Shown here: positions 54,601-64,000 of the stretch, in pieces
Numbering within the stretch: the stretch's first letter is position 1
How the letters are laid out: every line of letters begins with the position of its first letter
Assembly (NCBI RefSeq): GCF_053078305.1
Contig: NZ_CP166879.1
DNA length: 64,000 nt
Direction: 5' to 3' (one strand)
Made by a program: the position numbers and the translations under genes
Notes under the pieces: generated by a model
Database searches by the model: none
What the model saw: only the letters and a program-made list of their open reading frames with translations
Told to the model about the DNA's origin: nothing

Positions 54601-57528
54601 CGCGTTGTAGACGGTAATCACACCATTCTCGTGGTTGGTAGACGTCGCTTTGGTTAATGCTCCATAGTAAGCATCGGTTCCCGAAGCCATTCCCACACCG
54701 AAATCTTTCGCCGTGCTATTTGCGATGTTATTACGCAGCGATGTTTCATCATTTTCATCGACCCACAGCGTATCCAGGGTGATTTGCCCTTCGTTATCCG
54801 CGGTTGATTTATCGATAGCCAACATCCCCACGCTGCCACGACCATACATCTCAATAATGCCCGTTTCGCCGTTCAGAATGGATGACGAGTAGCTGGCAAG
54901 CATACCTGTCAAACCTAATGCTCTGTTATTGAAAGAGGTACCGTCAGACAAGTTCCACTCTGCCGGATAATTCAGCACGCTGTGCTGATTCATCATTTTG
55001 GTGGTCAAGGTGCCATTGTTAACGCCAATCCCCCCGTATTCAACATCGAAGACTTTTGGTGCCGGGTCGGTACCAAAATCGTACATCGCCAGGCCAATGG
55101 ATCCGTTATTGATGACCGTTGAATCTTTATTCCAGGCAGCCGCAAAACCGATATTTTTCAGTTCAACTTCACCGTTATTGGTCGCCTTCGCACCAGAATC
55201 AATACTAATGGTGGATAACGCTACACGATAATAATAAGTGAAAGAATCCACATCACTCATATCAAACGTTGCGTCAGCGCCAATCTCCAGCTCCGCGCCA
55301 TGGCTCAACTGAATGAGATTTTCGAACCCCAGCGGGAACTCGCCGCTGATGGTTGACTCACCATTCAGGTAGACCGAGGAATGCCCATCAACGTTAATAA
55401 GCGGTGTGTCTCCGATACCACGACGAGATGCGGCAGGTTTTGAGCCATCATCCATGACATTTTTTTCACCGACAAAATGAACACCGCCATTAAGCGTAAA
55501 GGTATTGTCATCGCCAGCAATAACAATACCCGCAATGTGTTCCTGAGCACCGTCGTAACTCGCATAGGAACGCGACGTGGTTTCACTATCAGCAACAACG
55601 GTTAACTGACCATCCAGCGTGACGTCGTTGTTGTCACCGCTGATATTTACCCCGGTTGAGGGATTAAAGAAGTAAGGCTGCGCATTATCGGCTTTCTGAT
55701 CTTTATCAACCAGAATACTGCCCGCTATTTCGATAGTATTACCATCACCCGAAACATTAACACCTGTCGCTTCTTGCCCTGTCACATTCAGCCCATAAGT
55801 CGACAGCGTCATGTTGTTATTATCGCCAGAGACATCAAGACCGGTGGAGAAATCCCCAACGTCTAACCCGCCCGCAAGTGAAATATTGGCTTTATCCCCT
55901 GCAACGCTGACACCGGTTCCGGCGTTGGTCGCGGTAATATCACCGACGTTAACAAATGTCGCATTATTACCGTCGATCTGAATGCCGATTGCATTTTCAC
56001 CTGTAGCGGCCTGGCCAACATTGAGGTCGCCCATGTTGATCACGCTGACGCCATCACCATCAAGCAGCATGCCAATAGAGTTATCTTCGATGACCGTAAT
56101 ATTACCTTTGTTGCTAACGAACGTATCATTGCCGTCAACGTCAATACCGTGCGCACCACCGCTTACGTATAAGTCGCCTTCCTGTTTGATGGTGGCACCG
56201 TCACCGACAATTTTCGAGCCAGTGGAATTCTCACCGTCAACGCTCATGGTACCTTGATTATCGACCCGCGCATTATCGCCATTGATAAGGCTACCCGTAC
56301 CACCATTGGTGATGGTCGAGTCGCCCGCAGTGTTCAGCGTAGCATTATCGCCATTGATGATTACTGCGGTACCGCCGTCAACTTCCGTCTCGCCGTTGTT
56401 ATTGATAGTGATATCGTCACCAGTAAGGATACCAACGACCGAACCCTCGCCGATGGCGGTCGTTTTACCGTCGTTGTTGAGGGTGATGTTGTCACCCTCA
56501 ACCGTCATGACAGTACCGCCATTCAGCGCCGTATTGCCGCCCTGATCGGTGATGATCGCATTACCAAAATCAATCGCAGTTCCGGTTGTGCCATCAACAA
56601 CGACACCGGCCTCTTTAGTGATATGGATGAGCCCATCATCGTCGTAGCTCCAGGTGATGCCACCTGCCGTATTTACGCCATCAAAGATGACGGTGTTGCT
56701 GTCGTCATGGACTGTCCAGCCCTTGACTATCGTCGTCAGGCCATCAGGCGCGGTTAAGGTGTAACTCCCATCGGCATTTTGGCTGTAGGTAAAGGTGGTT
56801 TCGCGAATTTTGACGGTTTTCGCGTCCTGATCCCAGGTTACGTCATTTTTATAGACGACAGGATCGTGTTTAACCGGGGTATCGCCACCATCGTCTGGCG
56901 GAACAGGCGTATCACCGCCGTCGTCTGGAACTGGCGTATCACCGCCATCATCTGGTGGAACCGGCGTATCACCGCCGTCATCTGGTGGAACCGGCGTATC
57001 ACCGCCGTCATCTGGCGGAACTGGCGTATCACCGCCGTCATCTGGCGGAACTGGCGTATCACCGCCGTCATCTGGCGGAACCGGCGTATCATCGCCGTCA
57101 TCTGGCGGAACTGGCGTATCACCGCCGTCATCTGGCGGAACTGGCGTATCACCGCCGTCATCTGGCGGAACCGGCGTATCACCGCCGTCGTCTGGCGGAA
57201 CAGGCGTATCACCGCCATCATCCGGAACTGGGGAGTTATTATGGTGGTGATTGTCATCGTCACTTAAGGTATATATAGCAATTCCCGTAGCTACTGCAGC
57301 AAGACCTGCAGCTGCCCATGGTAAAACTGCACTATCTTTATTTTCTCTGCACTCCGCGGATAAATTTTCTAGCTGCTCTTTGCTCAGGGAATGAATATTT
57401 GCCGGACATGTTATCTTACTGGACTTACGTGTTTTTTCGGTTGAGTCGGGTATTGAAGTATCCGCAGCCCATGTCTGGCTACTTAACGCCATGGCAACAC
57501 AAACAGACAATAATTTTTTCCTTTGCAT
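51673..57528 (-). CDS. ydbA: Giant AIDA-like autotransporter (type Va) YdbA, intact
   Basis: ORF 51673..57567; start set at ATG 57528 (MQRKKLLSVCVAMALSSQTWA signal peptide, SD aagga 8 nt upstream); Pro/Asp-rich repeats, long Gly/Asn/Thr-rich passenger, C-terminal beta-barrel ending ...LNFKKTF. Confidence 0.88.
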   Translation of the reverse strand: MQRKKLLSVCVAMALSSQTWAADTSIPDSTEKTRKSSKITCPANIHSLSKEQLENLSAECRENKDSAVLPWAAAGLAAVATGIAIYTLSDDDNHHHNNSPVPDDGGDTPVPPDDGGDTPVPPDDGGDTPVPPDDGGDTPVPPDDGDDTPVPPDDGGDTPVPPDDGGDTPVPPDDGGDTPVPPDDGGDTPVPPDDGGDTPVPDDGGDTPVPPDDGGDTPVKHDPVVYKNDVTWDQDAKTVKIRETTFTYSQNADGSYTLTAPDGLTTIVKGWTVHDDSNTVIFDGVNTAGGITWSYDDDGLIHITKEAGVVVDGTTGTAIDFGNAIITDQGGNTALNGGTVMTVEGDNITLNNDGKTTAIGEGSVVGILTGDDITINNNGETEVDGGTAVIINGDNATLNTAGDSTITNGGTGSLINGDNARVDNQGTMSVDGENSTGSKIVGDGATIKQEGDLYVSGGAHGIDVDGNDTFVSNKGNITVIEDNSIGMLLDGDGVSVINMGDLNVGQAATGENAIGIQIDGNNATFVNVGDITATNAGTGVSVAGDKANISLAGGLDVGDFSTGLDVSGDNNNMTLSTYGLNVTGQEATGVNVSGDGNTIEIAGSILVDKDQKADNAQPYFFNPSTGVNISGDNNDVTLDGQLTVVADSETTSRSYASYDGAQEHIAGIVIAGDDNTFTLNGGVHFVGEKNVMDDGSKPAASRRGIGDTPLINVDGHSSVYLNGESTISGEFPLGFENLIQLSHGAELEIGADATFDMSDVDSFTYYYRVALSTISIDSGAKATNNGEVELKNIGFAAAWNKDSTVINNGSIGLAMYDFGTDPAPKVFDVEYGGIGVNNGTLTTKMMNQHSVLNYPAEWNLSDGTSFNNRALGLTGMLASYSSSILNGETGIIEMYGRGSVGMLAIDKSTADNEGQITLDTLWVDENDETSLRNNIANSTAKDFGVGMASGTDAYYGALTKATSTNHENGVITVYNAGAGMAAYGNTNTVINQGTINLEKNENYNDSLGVNKLVGMAVYHEGTAINDQTGVININAENGQAFYNDGTGLIINYGTICTFGVCQGADEYNPTDNYIADLYDDGDVLSSAGETVLLSSGAIINGDVTSAGAVKNGTIRILENGALVNESSGTISSAIVVNEGGALTNEGVLNTVTLEGGTFNNNGTLNDVVKIEKNSNAVINNTGSLSTLQLHDGTVNNSGIASARVNAQGDAVFNNLAGGEARKGAILYNSAVVNNAGTWKMGYQDENNNAGTLDIDDQSTFNNSGKLILDNSKNAIRFQGSNANATLYNTGEMTLDAALGAGAIHYDDGASQFINKGVVDAKVTVAVSTAGATESDAFLWNQDGGVINFDKDNASAVKFTHNNYVALNDGVMNISGNNAVAMEGDKNAQLVNNGVINLGTEGTTDTGLIGMQLDANATADAVIENNGTINIYANDSFAFSVLGTQGHIVNNGTVVIADGVTGSGLIKQGDSVNVEGVNGNNGNNTEVHYTDYTLPEVPNTSSGGVTTGGDATGSGSNNLNGYVVGTNVDGSAGKLKVNNASMNGVGINTGFAAGTADTTVSFDNVVEGSNLTDADAITSTSVVWTAKGSTDASGNVDVTMSKNAYTDVATDASVNDVAKALDAGYTNNELYTSLNVGTTAELNSALKQVSGSQATTVFREARVLSNRFSMLADAAPKMGNGLAFNVVAKGDPRAELGNNTEYDMLALRKTVDLSESQSLSLEYGIARLDGDGAQKAGDNGVTGGYSQFFGLKHQMFFDNGMNWNNALRYDVHNLDSSRSVAYGDVSKTADTDVKQQYLEFRSEGAKTFEPREGLKITPYAGVKLRHTLEGGYQERNAGDFNLSMNSGSETAVDSIVGLKLDYAGKGGWSANATLEGGPNLSYSKSQRTASLAGAGSQHFNVDDGQKGGGINSLASVGVKYSSKESSLNLDAYHWKEDGISDKGVMLNFKKTF
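56877..57228. repeat. 27-bp coding tandem repeat, about 12 copies, encoding P(P)DDGGDTPV
   Basis: Near-identical 27-nt units (ccgccgtcatctggcggaaccggcgtatcac and variants) visible directly; one 24-nt unit and one G-to-D variant; generates artefactual ORFs on the opposite strand and other frames. Confidence 0.9.
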
Positions 57529-57935
57529 ATAAAATTCCTTAGATCTAGACCGTGCGTAACAAGCCATGCAGAATTTGAAGATAAATCGTAGTAAATATTC
57601 ATAGTGAAATAAGCAATAAAGAAATGCTTATATAATTCACAAAATCAATATTAAAATCAGGCAAGTAAAAGCATACAAAAAAACAGTTGATGGAATTATA
57701 TTCCACAAAAAACTCACTTCAATCTAAAAATTAACGACAAAAAACAAAAACACACTAATAATTCATTGACGCTGCATATATATTTTGTGATTACATATAT
57801 ATTGGTAATGATTTGTTATTTAAGGGAAGGATATATAAGGTTTTTGTAGAAATACCCACGGTAATTAAGCATGCTAACGTCAGTTTAAATACTGTAAAAG
57901 ATCATTAATAGATACATTTTGTAGCCAACTATAAT

Positions 57936-58262
57936 TTATTTGCGCAACCATTTACCATTAATTCCCTGAACATATTGCCCCGACTTCGCGCGAGCAACAA
58001 GCTTTTGTCCAGCCAGTTTGGCTATCTCTTTAGTGGATACATTATTTTGCTTTGCCAGTTGTTGGTAACTATGGTTACGAGCTTCATTAATATCTTTTAC
58101 TAATGCCTGTGTTTCGGCATCCGTTTGTAGCGCCACCAGGTAACCGTTAAGCGTTTCACCTACCCGCCCCTGACTTCTGGCTTCGTTCAGGGTTAAAGCC
58201 ATTGCACTGTCGCTCATCAGGCCAATGGCCCATACAGCTATGAGTAATGTTCTTTTCATCAT
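57936..58262 (-). CDS. ydbL: Periplasmic DUF1318 protein YdbL
   Basis: ORF 57936..58340 trimmed to MMKRTLLIAVWAIGLMSDSAMA (signal peptide); 108 aa. Confidence 0.82.
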   Translation of the reverse strand: MMKRTLLIAVWAIGLMSDSAMALTLNEARSQGRVGETLNGYLVALQTDAETQALVKDINEARNHSYQQLAKQNNVSTKEIAKLAGQKLVARAKSGQYVQGINGKWLRK

Positions 58263-58266
58263 CACC

Positions 58267-58452
58267 TCAAAATAGATCGCTACGGGTTTTGAGCAGGTCT
58301 TCAACGTCCTTATCCGCTTTAATGATGATTTCATGCTCAATTTTAACGTTCATATTAATGGTGATTGGCTCTTTCGGCGCAGCTACTTCAATGCGAGGCG
58401 TGCAACCAACCAACATAAAAGAGGACGCAAACGCGGCTATCACTATTTTCAT
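58267..58452 (-). CDS. ynbE: Lipoprotein YnbE
   Basis: 61-aa ORF; lipobox MLVGC; start overlaps ydbH stop (ATGA). Confidence 0.85.
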   Translation of the reverse strand: MKIVIAAFASSFMLVGCTPRIEVAAPKEPITINMNVKIEHEIIIKADKDVEDLLKTRSDLF

Positions 58453-61088
58453 TGTTTTTCCTCACACTCTTTTCCTGATGGGCAGCCAGTTTCCGGTAGC
58501 TGGGCATTCTGCTCCAACCATGCCTGGAGATTATCGCCAAAGCGTAAACTGCGCCACAGCGTAAAAATATTCTCTTCATGATGGTAATTAAGGTTTACCG
58601 TACCGCTTTTACCATCAACGCGACTGGTACCTGTAATGTTGGCCTGCATGGTTAATAAACCGAGATTATCTAAATTAATATTTGTCGATGAACGGCTAAT
58701 TTCCATATAGCGCAACCAGTTAATTGCTGAACCCGCAGTCATATTGTCTTTCACCACCGCATCTGCGGTGTCTTTATCCAGCCGCAAGGTCATTGGCCCG
58801 CTATTTGCCAGCCAACCATCTTTCACTATCCATTTTTCATTGTTCAGCCATAGTGGCAAGGCCCCACTGAATGCCCCGGACATGGCAAATTGTTTCGGAT
58901 TGACGGCGCTAACCAGTTCGCTGGATGAGAGATTATTCAGCCGCAACAGCGCCGGGTCATGTTGCGGCATACGTAATTGTTTCATCAGCACGTTACCGCC
59001 TAACACATCGACGCTAACATCAGTCAACAGCAATGGTTCTTCTTCAGTCCACGGATAACGCCCTTGCAAATCAGCCGTAATATTTTTCGCTGTCACCAGA
59101 TTAATCACTTCGGCAATTCGCAACGTAACGGGGCCGCGAGTCCCCAGATGCCAGGCTCCATCGGCAAAACGGAAAGGCAGGACAAAATCGACACCGTTAA
59201 CCTGATTATCTGACATCCAGGCACTACCGCCTTTCAACACGCCGTGTCCTCCCGCGCGGAATCCTTGTTCAGGCGCAGCAGAAAATGCAACCTGAGCATA
59301 CAGTTCACCATCGCGTAAGTTCATCTTCCAGTCGGGTGGCACCAGCGGCTGGAATACAGTCAGTGATTGTTTAGGCCACCAGGCGTTACCGCGCAGACGA
59401 ATACCGTCCCAGCGACCATTTACCCGAACCGGGCCAATCTCACCAGCATGTAAATCGCCTTTAAAGAGGAAATACGTCGGATCGCGCCCATCGACGCTAA
59501 ATTTTAAGGTTGATGGCGGTAACACACTGCCGCCAGTGAACAGCGTTTGCCCGGCGTCCAGTGACAGCGCGCCGCTGAAGGAGGGATGCTGTGCGTCACG
59601 TACCCAGACGACGGGCTTGTCGAGAATTAATCGCGGCTTTTCTACCGTCATCGTACCGTATTGTAACTGGTCGAAACCGGTGGAGAGATCGGTCAGCGTA
59701 ATCGTGCTGTCATGCCACTCACCTTTTCCTGCGACATCCCAGGTGGCATTCATCGGTGTAAAACTCCCTTTTCCCCAGTAGCGCCACTGCCAGCGGCCAG
59801 CGTCAGGGAGAAAATCATTCGCCAGCCCATCCATATGCAGCACGAAATCGCCCAGTTCATTTTCATGCGCCTGCAAAATGGCCTGCAAACGTCCGTCAAC
59901 ACCACGTTGGGTGACTTTTACACCCGCTAAAGGCCAGCGGATTTCATCGATGTCCAGCGAATCGATGACTCTTCCCTTTGAACGAAGTAACGCGCCTGGC
60001 TCAAAGGTCAGCGTTGGGTCAGACAGACTTCCACTTACCTGCGCAGGTAAACGGGCATATAAAATGAGGTCCGCCTGTTTCGCTTCACCGGTCAGCTGCA
60101 GAGGCAGCTGGCTGTTATCCATGCTTAATTTTCCTGGGCCAAAATTAAGCACCGCGTTGCCTTTACCCGCTTGCCCCTGGGTCAGCACACTAAGTCGTCC
60201 GCTGATCAGAGCGTTCTCAAGCCCTGCCTGCCAGTTGTCGACTTTGACACCCAGTCGGCCACTCAAAGGAAAACCTGCATACGGCCAGCTCCAGCGACCA
60301 TCGCTTACGGTCAATTGTTGACGCGTAATTTGCCACGGCAAATCGAGCAACGGATCGCCGTTATCCCGTGCCAGCACAATCAATTGCCCGCTATTCTCCT
60401 GCCAGTCCAGCTCGGCATCTACCAGTGACGGTTCCTGCGGCAAGTTTAACGTCGCAGTAGCATGACCACTTACAGGAAGTCCATCCGGCACGAGCGGCAT
60501 AGTAAATTCCCCCACCAGTTTAACCGGCGGCTGATTTTCAAACGCGACGACATCCAGTTCGCTGACTGTAAGTTGTTGCCCTTTCAGCTGGCCTTGAAAT
60601 TTAACTTTTTCGCCCTGATAACGCAGTTGCTGGATATCGGAGGTTAATGCGAGAGAGAGTTTTCCCTGCCATTCCTGCCAGGGAGAAAAAATCAGTTTAT
60701 CGATATTGATCCAGGTGTTAGGCAGCATGGACTGCCATTGCGCGAGGGTTTTTGGAGCAGCTGGCGATTGCTCCGTCTGCGGCAATTTCGCCAGACAAGC
60801 AGAATCAAGTTCTACCGTGCCGACGTTCAATAACCAGCGGCTCGGATGTGAAAGGCTGGCGTTGGTGATATGCGCAAGCTGACAATCTCCCACCAGATAA
60901 CGGAGATCGGGAATGATTAAACCTTTACGCGTAATGCGTGGGCTTTCATCTAATGCAATACGTGTCCCGAGCGGTAGCCAGATGCCCGCCAGCGTGGGAA
61001 CCCACAGCCCGAGCGTCATCAGCAGCGTCAACGGCACAAGAATAATCAGTAATAACAGCGCGAGAACGGCTTTATATTTACCCAGCAT
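58449..61088 (-). CDS. ydbH: AsmA-like protein YdbH (TamB/YhdP paralog)
   Basis: 879-aa ORF with N-terminal TM anchor MLGKYKAVLALLLLIILVPLTLLM. Confidence 0.9.
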   Translation of the reverse strand: MLGKYKAVLALLLLIILVPLTLLMTLGLWVPTLAGIWLPLGTRIALDESPRITRKGLIIPDLRYLVGDCQLAHITNASLSHPSRWLLNVGTVELDSACLAKLPQTEQSPAAPKTLAQWQSMLPNTWINIDKLIFSPWQEWQGKLSLALTSDIQQLRYQGEKVKFQGQLKGQQLTVSELDVVAFENQPPVKLVGEFTMPLVPDGLPVSGHATATLNLPQEPSLVDAELDWQENSGQLIVLARDNGDPLLDLPWQITRQQLTVSDGRWSWPYAGFPLSGRLGVKVDNWQAGLENALISGRLSVLTQGQAGKGNAVLNFGPGKLSMDNSQLPLQLTGEAKQADLILYARLPAQVSGSLSDPTLTFEPGALLRSKGRVIDSLDIDEIRWPLAGVKVTQRGVDGRLQAILQAHENELGDFVLHMDGLANDFLPDAGRWQWRYWGKGSFTPMNATWDVAGKGEWHDSTITLTDLSTGFDQLQYGTMTVEKPRLILDKPVVWVRDAQHPSFSGALSLDAGQTLFTGGSVLPPSTLKFSVDGRDPTYFLFKGDLHAGEIGPVRVNGRWDGIRLRGNAWWPKQSLTVFQPLVPPDWKMNLRDGELYAQVAFSAAPEQGFRAGGHGVLKGGSAWMSDNQVNGVDFVLPFRFADGAWHLGTRGPVTLRIAEVINLVTAKNITADLQGRYPWTEEEPLLLTDVSVDVLGGNVLMKQLRMPQHDPALLRLNNLSSSELVSAVNPKQFAMSGAFSGALPLWLNNEKWIVKDGWLANSGPMTLRLDKDTADAVVKDNMTAGSAINWLRYMEISRSSTNINLDNLGLLTMQANITGTSRVDGKSGTVNLNYHHEENIFTLWRSLRFGDNLQAWLEQNAQLPETGCPSGKECEEKQ

Positions 61089-61295
61089 GGGTAGTTAATA
61101 TCCTGATTTAGCGAAAAATTAAGCATTCAATACGGGTATTGTGGCATGTTTAACCGTTCAGTTGAAGGTTGCGCCTACACTAAGCATAGTTGTTGATGAA
61201 TTTTTCAATATCGCCATAGCTTTCAATTAAATTTGAAATTTTGTAAAATATTTTAAGTGGCTTAAATGTGATTCAACATCACTGGAGAAAGTCTT

Positions 61296-62285
61296 ATGAA
61301 ACTCGCCGTTTATAGCACAAAACAGTACGACAAGAAGTACCTGCAACAGGTGAACGAGTCCTTTGGCTTTGAGCTGGAATTTTTTGACTTTCTGCTGACG
61401 GAAAAAACCGCTAAAACTGCCAATGGCTGCGAAGCGGTATGTATTTTCGTAAACGATGACGGCAGCCGCCCGGTGCTGGAAGAGCTGAAAAAGCACGGCG
61501 TTAAATATATCGCCCTGCGCTGTGCCGGTTTCAATAACGTCGACCTTGACGCGGCAAAAGAACTGGGGCTGAAAGTAGTCCGTGTTCCAGCCTATGATCC
61601 AGAGGCCGTTGCTGAACACGCCATCGGTATGATGATGACGCTGAACCGCCGTATTCACCGCGCGTATCAGCGTACCCGTGACGCTAACTTCTCTCTGGAA
61701 GGTCTGACCGGCTTTACTATGTATGGCAAAACGGCAGGCGTTATCGGTACCGGTAAAATCGGTGTGGCGATGCTGCGCATTCTGAAAGGTTTTGGTATGC
61801 GTCTGCTGGCGTTCGATCCGTATCCAAGTGCAGCGGCGCTGGAACTCGGTGTGGAGTATGTCGATCTGCCAACCCTGTTCTCTGAATCAGACGTTATCTC
61901 TCTGCACTGCCCGCTGACACCGGAAAACTACCATCTGTTGAACGAAGCCGCCTTCGATCAGATGAAAAATGGCGTGATGATCGTCAATACCAGTCGCGGT
62001 GCATTGATTGATTCTCAGGCAGCAATTGAAGCGCTGAAAAATCAGAAAATTGGTTCGTTGGGTATGGACGTGTATGAGAACGAACGCGATCTGTTCTTTG
62101 AAGATAAATCCAACGACGTAATTCAGGATGACGTATTCCGTCGCCTGTCTGCCTGCCACAACGTGCTGTTTACCGGGCACCAGGCATTCCTGACAGCAGA
62201 AGCTCTGACCAGTATTTCTCAGACTACGCTGCAAAACTTAAGCAATCTGGAAAAAGGCGAAACCTGCCCGAACGAACTGGTTTAA
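61296..62285 (+). CDS. ldhA: Fermentative D-lactate dehydrogenase (NAD-dependent)
   Basis: 329-aa ORF; NAD-binding GVIGTGKIGVA; D-2-hydroxyacid dehydrogenase family. Confidence 0.95.
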   Translation: MKLAVYSTKQYDKKYLQQVNESFGFELEFFDFLLTEKTAKTANGCEAVCIFVNDDGSRPVLEELKKHGVKYIALRCAGFNNVDLDAAKELGLKVVRVPAYDPEAVAEHAIGMMMTLNRRIHRAYQRTRDANFSLEGLTGFTMYGKTAGVIGTGKIGVAMLRILKGFGMRLLAFDPYPSAAALELGVEYVDLPTLFSESDVISLHCPLTPENYHLLNEAAFDQMKNGVMIVNTSRGALIDSQAAIEALKNQKIGSLGMDVYENERDLFFEDKSNDVIQDDVFRRLSACHNVLFTGHQAFLTAEALTSISQTTLQNLSNLEKGETCPNELV

Positions 62286-62292
62286 TCTTGCC

Positions 62293-62315
62293 GCTCCCCT
62301 GCATTTCAGGGGAGC
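62293..62315 (+). terminator. Hairpin downstream of ldhA
   Basis: gctcccctg-cattt-caggggagc, 8 bp after ldhA stop; weak T-tract. Confidence 0.4.
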
Positions 62316-62395
62316 TGATTCAGATAATCCCCAATGACCTTTCATTCTCTATTCTTAAAATAGTCCTGAGTCAGAAACTGTAATTGAGAACCACA

Positions 62396-62818
62396 ATGAA
62401 GAAAGTAGCCGCGTTTGTTGCGCTAAGCCTGCTGATGGCGGGATGTGTAAGTAATGACAAAATTGCTGTTACGCCAGAACAGCTACAGCATCATCGCTTT
62501 GTGCTGGAAAGCGTAAACGGTAAGCCCGTGACCAGCGATAAAAATCCGCCAGAAATCAGCTTTGGTGAAAAAATGATGATTTCCGGCAGCATGTGTAACC
62601 GCTTTAGCGGTGAAGGCAAACTGTCTAATGGTGAACTGACAGCCAAAGGGCTGGCAATGACCCGTATGATGTGCGCTAACCCGCAGCTTAATGAACTCGA
62701 TAACACCATTAGCGAAATGCTGAAAGAAGGTGCACAAGTGGATCTGACCGCGAACCAGTTAACGCTGGCGACCGCGAAACAGACATTAACTTATAAGCTG
62801 GCGGATTTAATGAATTAA
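62396..62818 (+). CDS. hslJ: Heat-shock lipoprotein HslJ (META domain)
   Basis: ORF 62384..62818; start set at MKKVAAFVALSLLMAGC (lipobox); 140 aa. Confidence 0.88.
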   Translation: MKKVAAFVALSLLMAGCVSNDKIAVTPEQLQHHRFVLESVNGKPVTSDKNPPEISFGEKMMISGSMCNRFSGEGKLSNGELTAKGLAMTRMMCANPQLNELDNTISEMLKEGAQVDLTANQLTLATAKQTLTYKLADLMN

Positions 62819-63081
62819 TAGCTGCCACAGCTCCCGGCGGCAAGTGACTGTTCGCTACAGCGTTTGCCGTTGGGTAATGCACACATCCCAATCGCCGTAC
62901 CATCCAGTTGACGGGCTACAGAAAGCGAACCGCCGATCATTGCGCAATTTGCTTCTCCACTACTGGACATCGACGCTTTTAAACCTGGCGCTACGTGCGC
63001 CGCAGTCGCCTGCTGAACAGGCTCACTACTACACGCCGACAACAATAAAGCGGCACACCCTACCCAAAACGCTGCTCGCAT
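62815..63081 (-). CDS. ydbJ: DUF333 lipoprotein-like small protein YdbJ
   Basis: 88-aa ORF with signal peptide and lipobox LLLSAC; 3' end overlaps hslJ stop. Confidence 0.82.
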   Translation of the reverse strand: MRAAFWVGCAALLLSACSSEPVQQATAAHVAPGLKASMSSSGEANCAMIGGSLSVARQLDGTAIGMCALPNGKRCSEQSLAAGSCGSY

Positions 63082-63345
63082 CTTTTCTTCCTCTGATCTT
63101 CAAGCCAAACGACACCGCCATAAATAATAGGCAGCACAGAGGGCGACGTCGAGAGCTGTCCTGAGCGTTGCCCCGCATTTTTACTTTTTTATGGCTATTT
63201 TTTTGCCCTCTGTTTGATCAAAACATTCATTACGCTGATGTGGGGGACACAAAAGCGAAAATGCAGAAGAAAGCCATTTGCTAAAATTGAAGGATTACTA
63301 CTGGGCGCGCAGCAATTTCGTGCGCCCCTCATTTGCGCAATGTAA

Positions 63346-64000
<655 letters not shown>

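Noticed and set aside
56877-57228. Possible CRISPR array (regularly spaced 27-bp repeats)
   Set aside because: Units are directly contiguous with no spacers, lie inside a long ORF and encode a peptide repeat; no cas genes anywhere in the window.
56779-57278. Three ORFs (56779..57267 +, 56838..57263 -, 56955..57278 +) with bizarre repetitive translations (RRITAVIWRN..., AYHRRHLAE...)
   Set aside because: Alternative-frame readings of the 27-bp tandem repeat inside ydbA; the repeat is in frame with the autotransporter, which explains the sequence.

Overview
This window is a contiguous stretch of Escherichia coli chromosome, read in reverse orientation relative to K-12 gene order, running from the 3' part of ansP to the 5' part of pfo (ydbK). 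Gene identities come from my recognition of the translated ORFs and from motifs visible in the translations; no database search was run. About 58 protein genes are supported, mostly transport and metabolism (yncD, ydcSTUV-patD, opgD, trg, gapC, aldA, hrpA, azoR, ldhA, tehAB). It also holds two toxin-antitoxin loci (hicAB, hokB/mokB/sokB), one IS200/IS605-family element (IS609-like) with an apparently intact TnpB and a TnpA interrupted by an in-frame TAA, and a 1951-aa autotransporter (ydbA) with a 12-copy 27-bp coding tandem repeat. The strain is not K-12 MG1655: ydbA and gapC are intact, and the feaR-feaB-tynA-paa island that separates ydbL from ydbA in K-12 is absent. I found no CRISPR array, rRNA, tRNA, prophage or obvious defence island. 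The best candidates for under-described biology are the ynbABCD operon (a cryptic lipid-type pathway, judged from motifs) and the TnpB/omega-RNA module abutting ydcO.
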